The notes under the pieces: generated by a model | What the model saw: only the letters and a program-made list of their open reading frames with translations | Database searches by the model: none | Told to the model about the DNA's origin: nothing | Origin: Octopus sinensis | Lineage: Eukaryota | NCBI RefSeq assembly: GCF_006345805.1 | Contig: NC_043018.1 | Location: 22,692,001 to 22,756,000, forward strand | DNA length: 64,000 nucleotides | Direction: 5' to 3' | Position numbers and translations under genes: made by a program | Shown: positions 60,877-64,000 of the stretch, piece after piece | How the letters are laid out: every line of letters begins with the position of its first letter | Position numbering within the stretch: the stretch's first letter is position 1

Positions 60877-61132
60877 TAATACGTCTATTTGAATTTTTTT
60901 TTTTAAAGAATAATACGTTTAAATATGTTGTAGATCTTCTCCTTACTTATTCTATGGAAACTATGCAGTCCCGAATAGGACAATCGGTTTACCAAGAGAG
61001 AAAAAGTTACCAGGGCCAAGCAAATTATTGTTAGCCCGGGTTCCACACAAGGAAAGTTGTAGTAAAGCCAGCATCTGAAACTAACTTGGGAGAAAACATG
61101 GTAACTGCCAGGATTATATATCCCTTAAATTC

Positions 61133-61209
<77 letters not shown>

Positions 61210-61218
61210 ATATATATA

Positions 61219-61273
<55 letters not shown>

Positions 61274-61488
61274 CATACATAGTAGATAGATAGATAGATA
61301 GATAGACAGATAGATAGATAGATAGATAAATTCAGTTGAATATGGTACTTAAAAGTATAAAAATTCAGCTGAGGATTGGTCTACAATTTAAAACTGCTGT
61401 AATACTTGCATTGTTTAATTAAATGGAGTCGCATGAAACGATCGTACTGCATTACCTTTGGATATCCTTGTTGCTTATTTTGGATATG

Positions 61489-61528
<40 letters not shown>

Positions 61529-61791
61529 GTCCTGCAAAGGACTTTTACGTTCTTGGACACTCTTTTGCACTAATGCGGCAACGATGGACGCCTCTTGCAA
61601 CAGATGTTCAAAGAGGTTACACCCTCGCTGACACACGCTTCCATTCTATCGGGAAATTTTTCATTGAGTATTTTGCATTTTTGTTGAGAGCATCTCTATT
61701 ATATGTGCAACATATAATAATAGAAATGCTGAAAAATCAAGTGGTACTTGTGCTTGAAGCCTTTTAAAGTGAAGAAAGTCCTTACACGCGT

Positions 61792-61834
<43 letters not shown>

Positions 61835-61835
<1 letters not shown>

Positions 61836-61915
61836 CGGCAACGTATGCATCTGCCCCAAAAGAAGAAGTAGTCTACATCATTAGATGCAAACGAAGTGAT
61901 AGATGTTACATCAGA
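61835..61915 (+). pseudogene. Possible Penelope-like GIY-YIG endonuclease remnant
   Basis: Translates TATYASAPKEEVVYIIRCKRSDRCYIR, resembling the PLE motif CxSxxVVYxIxCxxCxxxYIG. Short and degenerate. Confidence 0.35.
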
Positions 61916-62139
61916 CTTTTCATTCCCCCCAATGGATGTTGAAACAATGACTGGTGGTCTCTCACTCTCAGCTGTTTGCTGTCCGTTGACTCTCCCGAGT
62001 TCGTCTGACCTCGTAGGTTTTGCTTTTTGCCCTACAGAATATTCGATGATACCACCTTCCTTACCAAACCTGACTTGATAGAGTTTCCAGTTTAGTCGCC
62101 GACTGCCCGACCATGCAACGAGGTAACCCCCACACACAC

Positions 62140-62928
62140 ATGTACATACATACATACATACATACATACATACATACATACATACATACATACATACATA
62201 CATACGTACGTACATACATACATACATACATACATACATACGTACATACGTACATACATACATACATACATACATACGTACATACATACATACATACATA
62301 CGTACATACATACATACATACATACATACATACATACGTACATACATACATACATACATACATAATACATACATACGTACGTACGTACGTACGTACATAC
62401 ATACATACATACATACGTACATACATACATACATACATACATACATACATACATACATACATACACACATACATACATACATACATACATACATACATAC
62501 ATACATACATACGTACATACATACATACGTACATACATACATACATACATACATACATACATACATACATACGTACGTACGTACATACATACATACATAC
62601 ATACATACATACATACATACATACATACATACATACGTACGTACATACATACATACGTACGTACGTACGTACATACATACATACATACATACATACATAC
62701 TACTACATACATACATACTACATACATACATACTACATACATACATACGTACATACATACATACATACATACATACATCATACATACATACGTACATACA
62801 TACATACATACATACATACATACATACATACATACATACATACATACATACGTACATACATACATACATACGTACATACATACATACACATACATACATA
62901 CATACATACATACATACATACATACATA
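62140..62928. repeat. (CATA)n/(CGTA)n microsatellite, ~790 bp
   Basis: Direct reading of the sequence. It is the source of the spurious 200-420 aa ORFs. Confidence 0.97.
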
Positions 62929-63146
62929 CGAAGGGGTGCTGAAAAGTTCCTGGTTTTGGATAAAAGAAAAATACAGGAGCATCAGTTAATTATGATTTTA
63001 TTCACCATATTCCCCTCTCAGATTCACACATTTATTGCAGCAGTCCTTCAGTTTTTCTAAGCCCTATAAAAGAACTCGGAAAGCTGGGCATCCGACCCGG
63101 CCTTTCGCGACACCCTTAAAACCAGGAACATTTCAGTACACTCTCG
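62929..63146. mobile_element. mariner-type MITE (TA TSD)
   Basis: TA|CGAAGGGGTGCTGAAAAGTTCCTGG...CCAGGAACATTTCAGTACACTCTCG|TA. A shorter relative lies at ~58110-58222. Confidence 0.7.
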
Positions 63147-64000
63147 TACACACACACGTGTGTGTGTGTGTGTTTGTGTGTGTAAATTATACATACGTGG
63201 AAACAACTTTTTCTTTTACGTTCTAGTTTTAAGGGGATGGGGTGTCAATTTTGTTATTGGTTTGTTTTTCTTTATATTCTCATATTTTTGTGTGAGTTCC
63301 TTGCAGTTTGCTCAGAACAGTAAGGTTTCCAAAACCACTGTCAATGTATCTAGACCTTCACAGCCTCATCTTCAGGAAGAGGTGCTGTTGGTGTAAGTTA
63401 CTCCCCCTTTTCTTATATACTAGACAGCTCCAAACTAAACTGACACTCCGTCTGTTATGGCGACGAACGTTCCATTTGATCCGACCAGCGGAACAAGCTG
63501 CTCATGAAATAACATGCAAGTGGCTGAGCACTCCACAGACACGCGCACTCTTAACGTAATTCTCAAGGAGATTCAGCATGACACAGAATGTGACAAGGCC
63601 GATCCTTTTGAAATACAGCTACAACTCATTTTTGCCAGCTGAGTGGACTGGAGCAACGTGAAATAAAAAGTTTTACTCAAAGACACAACTCGCTGCTGGG
63701 AATCGAACCCACAGCCTTACGATCGTGAACCGAACCTCCTAACCACTAAGCCATGCGCTTTCATTCTAGTCAGCGCTATGACGATTGATGTAAGCGTTAC
63801 CACCAGATTTTGAATTTCCACCGTTATGACCCGTGCGTGTGTCTTTGTAAATAACGTATATTATTTATGTTTCTTTTTATTTTTTGATGTTGTGCTCTGC
63901 TTCCATTATTTATTGTCAGGTTTTGTGAAGAATTCTGCAGACTGTTGATGTGTTGTCCACTAACGTTTTTCTTATCCCGTTTTATTGTGTACGGCGTAGG

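Noticed and set aside
61661-63060. 200-420 aa ORFs (MYVC/YIHT repeats)
   Set aside because: These are translations of the (CATA)n microsatellite. The same applies to ORFs at 12479-12931, 39354-39827, 45156-45966, 48492-49122 and 55040-56073.

Overview
AT-rich, microsatellite- and SINE-saturated animal genomic DNA. The repeat families look like those of coleoid cephalopods (Octopus), which is an inference and not a database result. Three host genes are supported. (1) The last coding exon of a cation-dependent mannose-6-phosphate-receptor/ATG27-like gene (+, 863-1026), missed by the ORF track. (2) A complete three-coding-exon DR1/NC2-beta gene (-, 26320-32193, 177 aa). (3) A long intronless ORF with a divergent C-terminal VPS9 (Rab5-family GEF) domain (+, 51930-54185). 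The rest is tRNA-derived SINEs, (CAT)n-tailed retroposon fragments, an internally deleted piggyBac and its MITEs, mariner/pogo/hAT/Merlin-like MITEs, a non-autonomous Helitron and microsatellites. The most interesting signals are RNA-level. Several minimal type I hammerhead ribozyme motifs are present: one fused behind a tRNA-like Pol III head in a head-to-head palindrome (1-387), one inside a 352-bp retrozyme-like unit with a 100-bp terminal repeat (11575-12026), and a dispersed CCGACGA-core variant. Six SINE 'head + (184-bp body)n' arrays share the same junction, and fold-back inversions recur at retroposon insertion sites. Almost all short ORFs in the supplied track are repeat artefacts.
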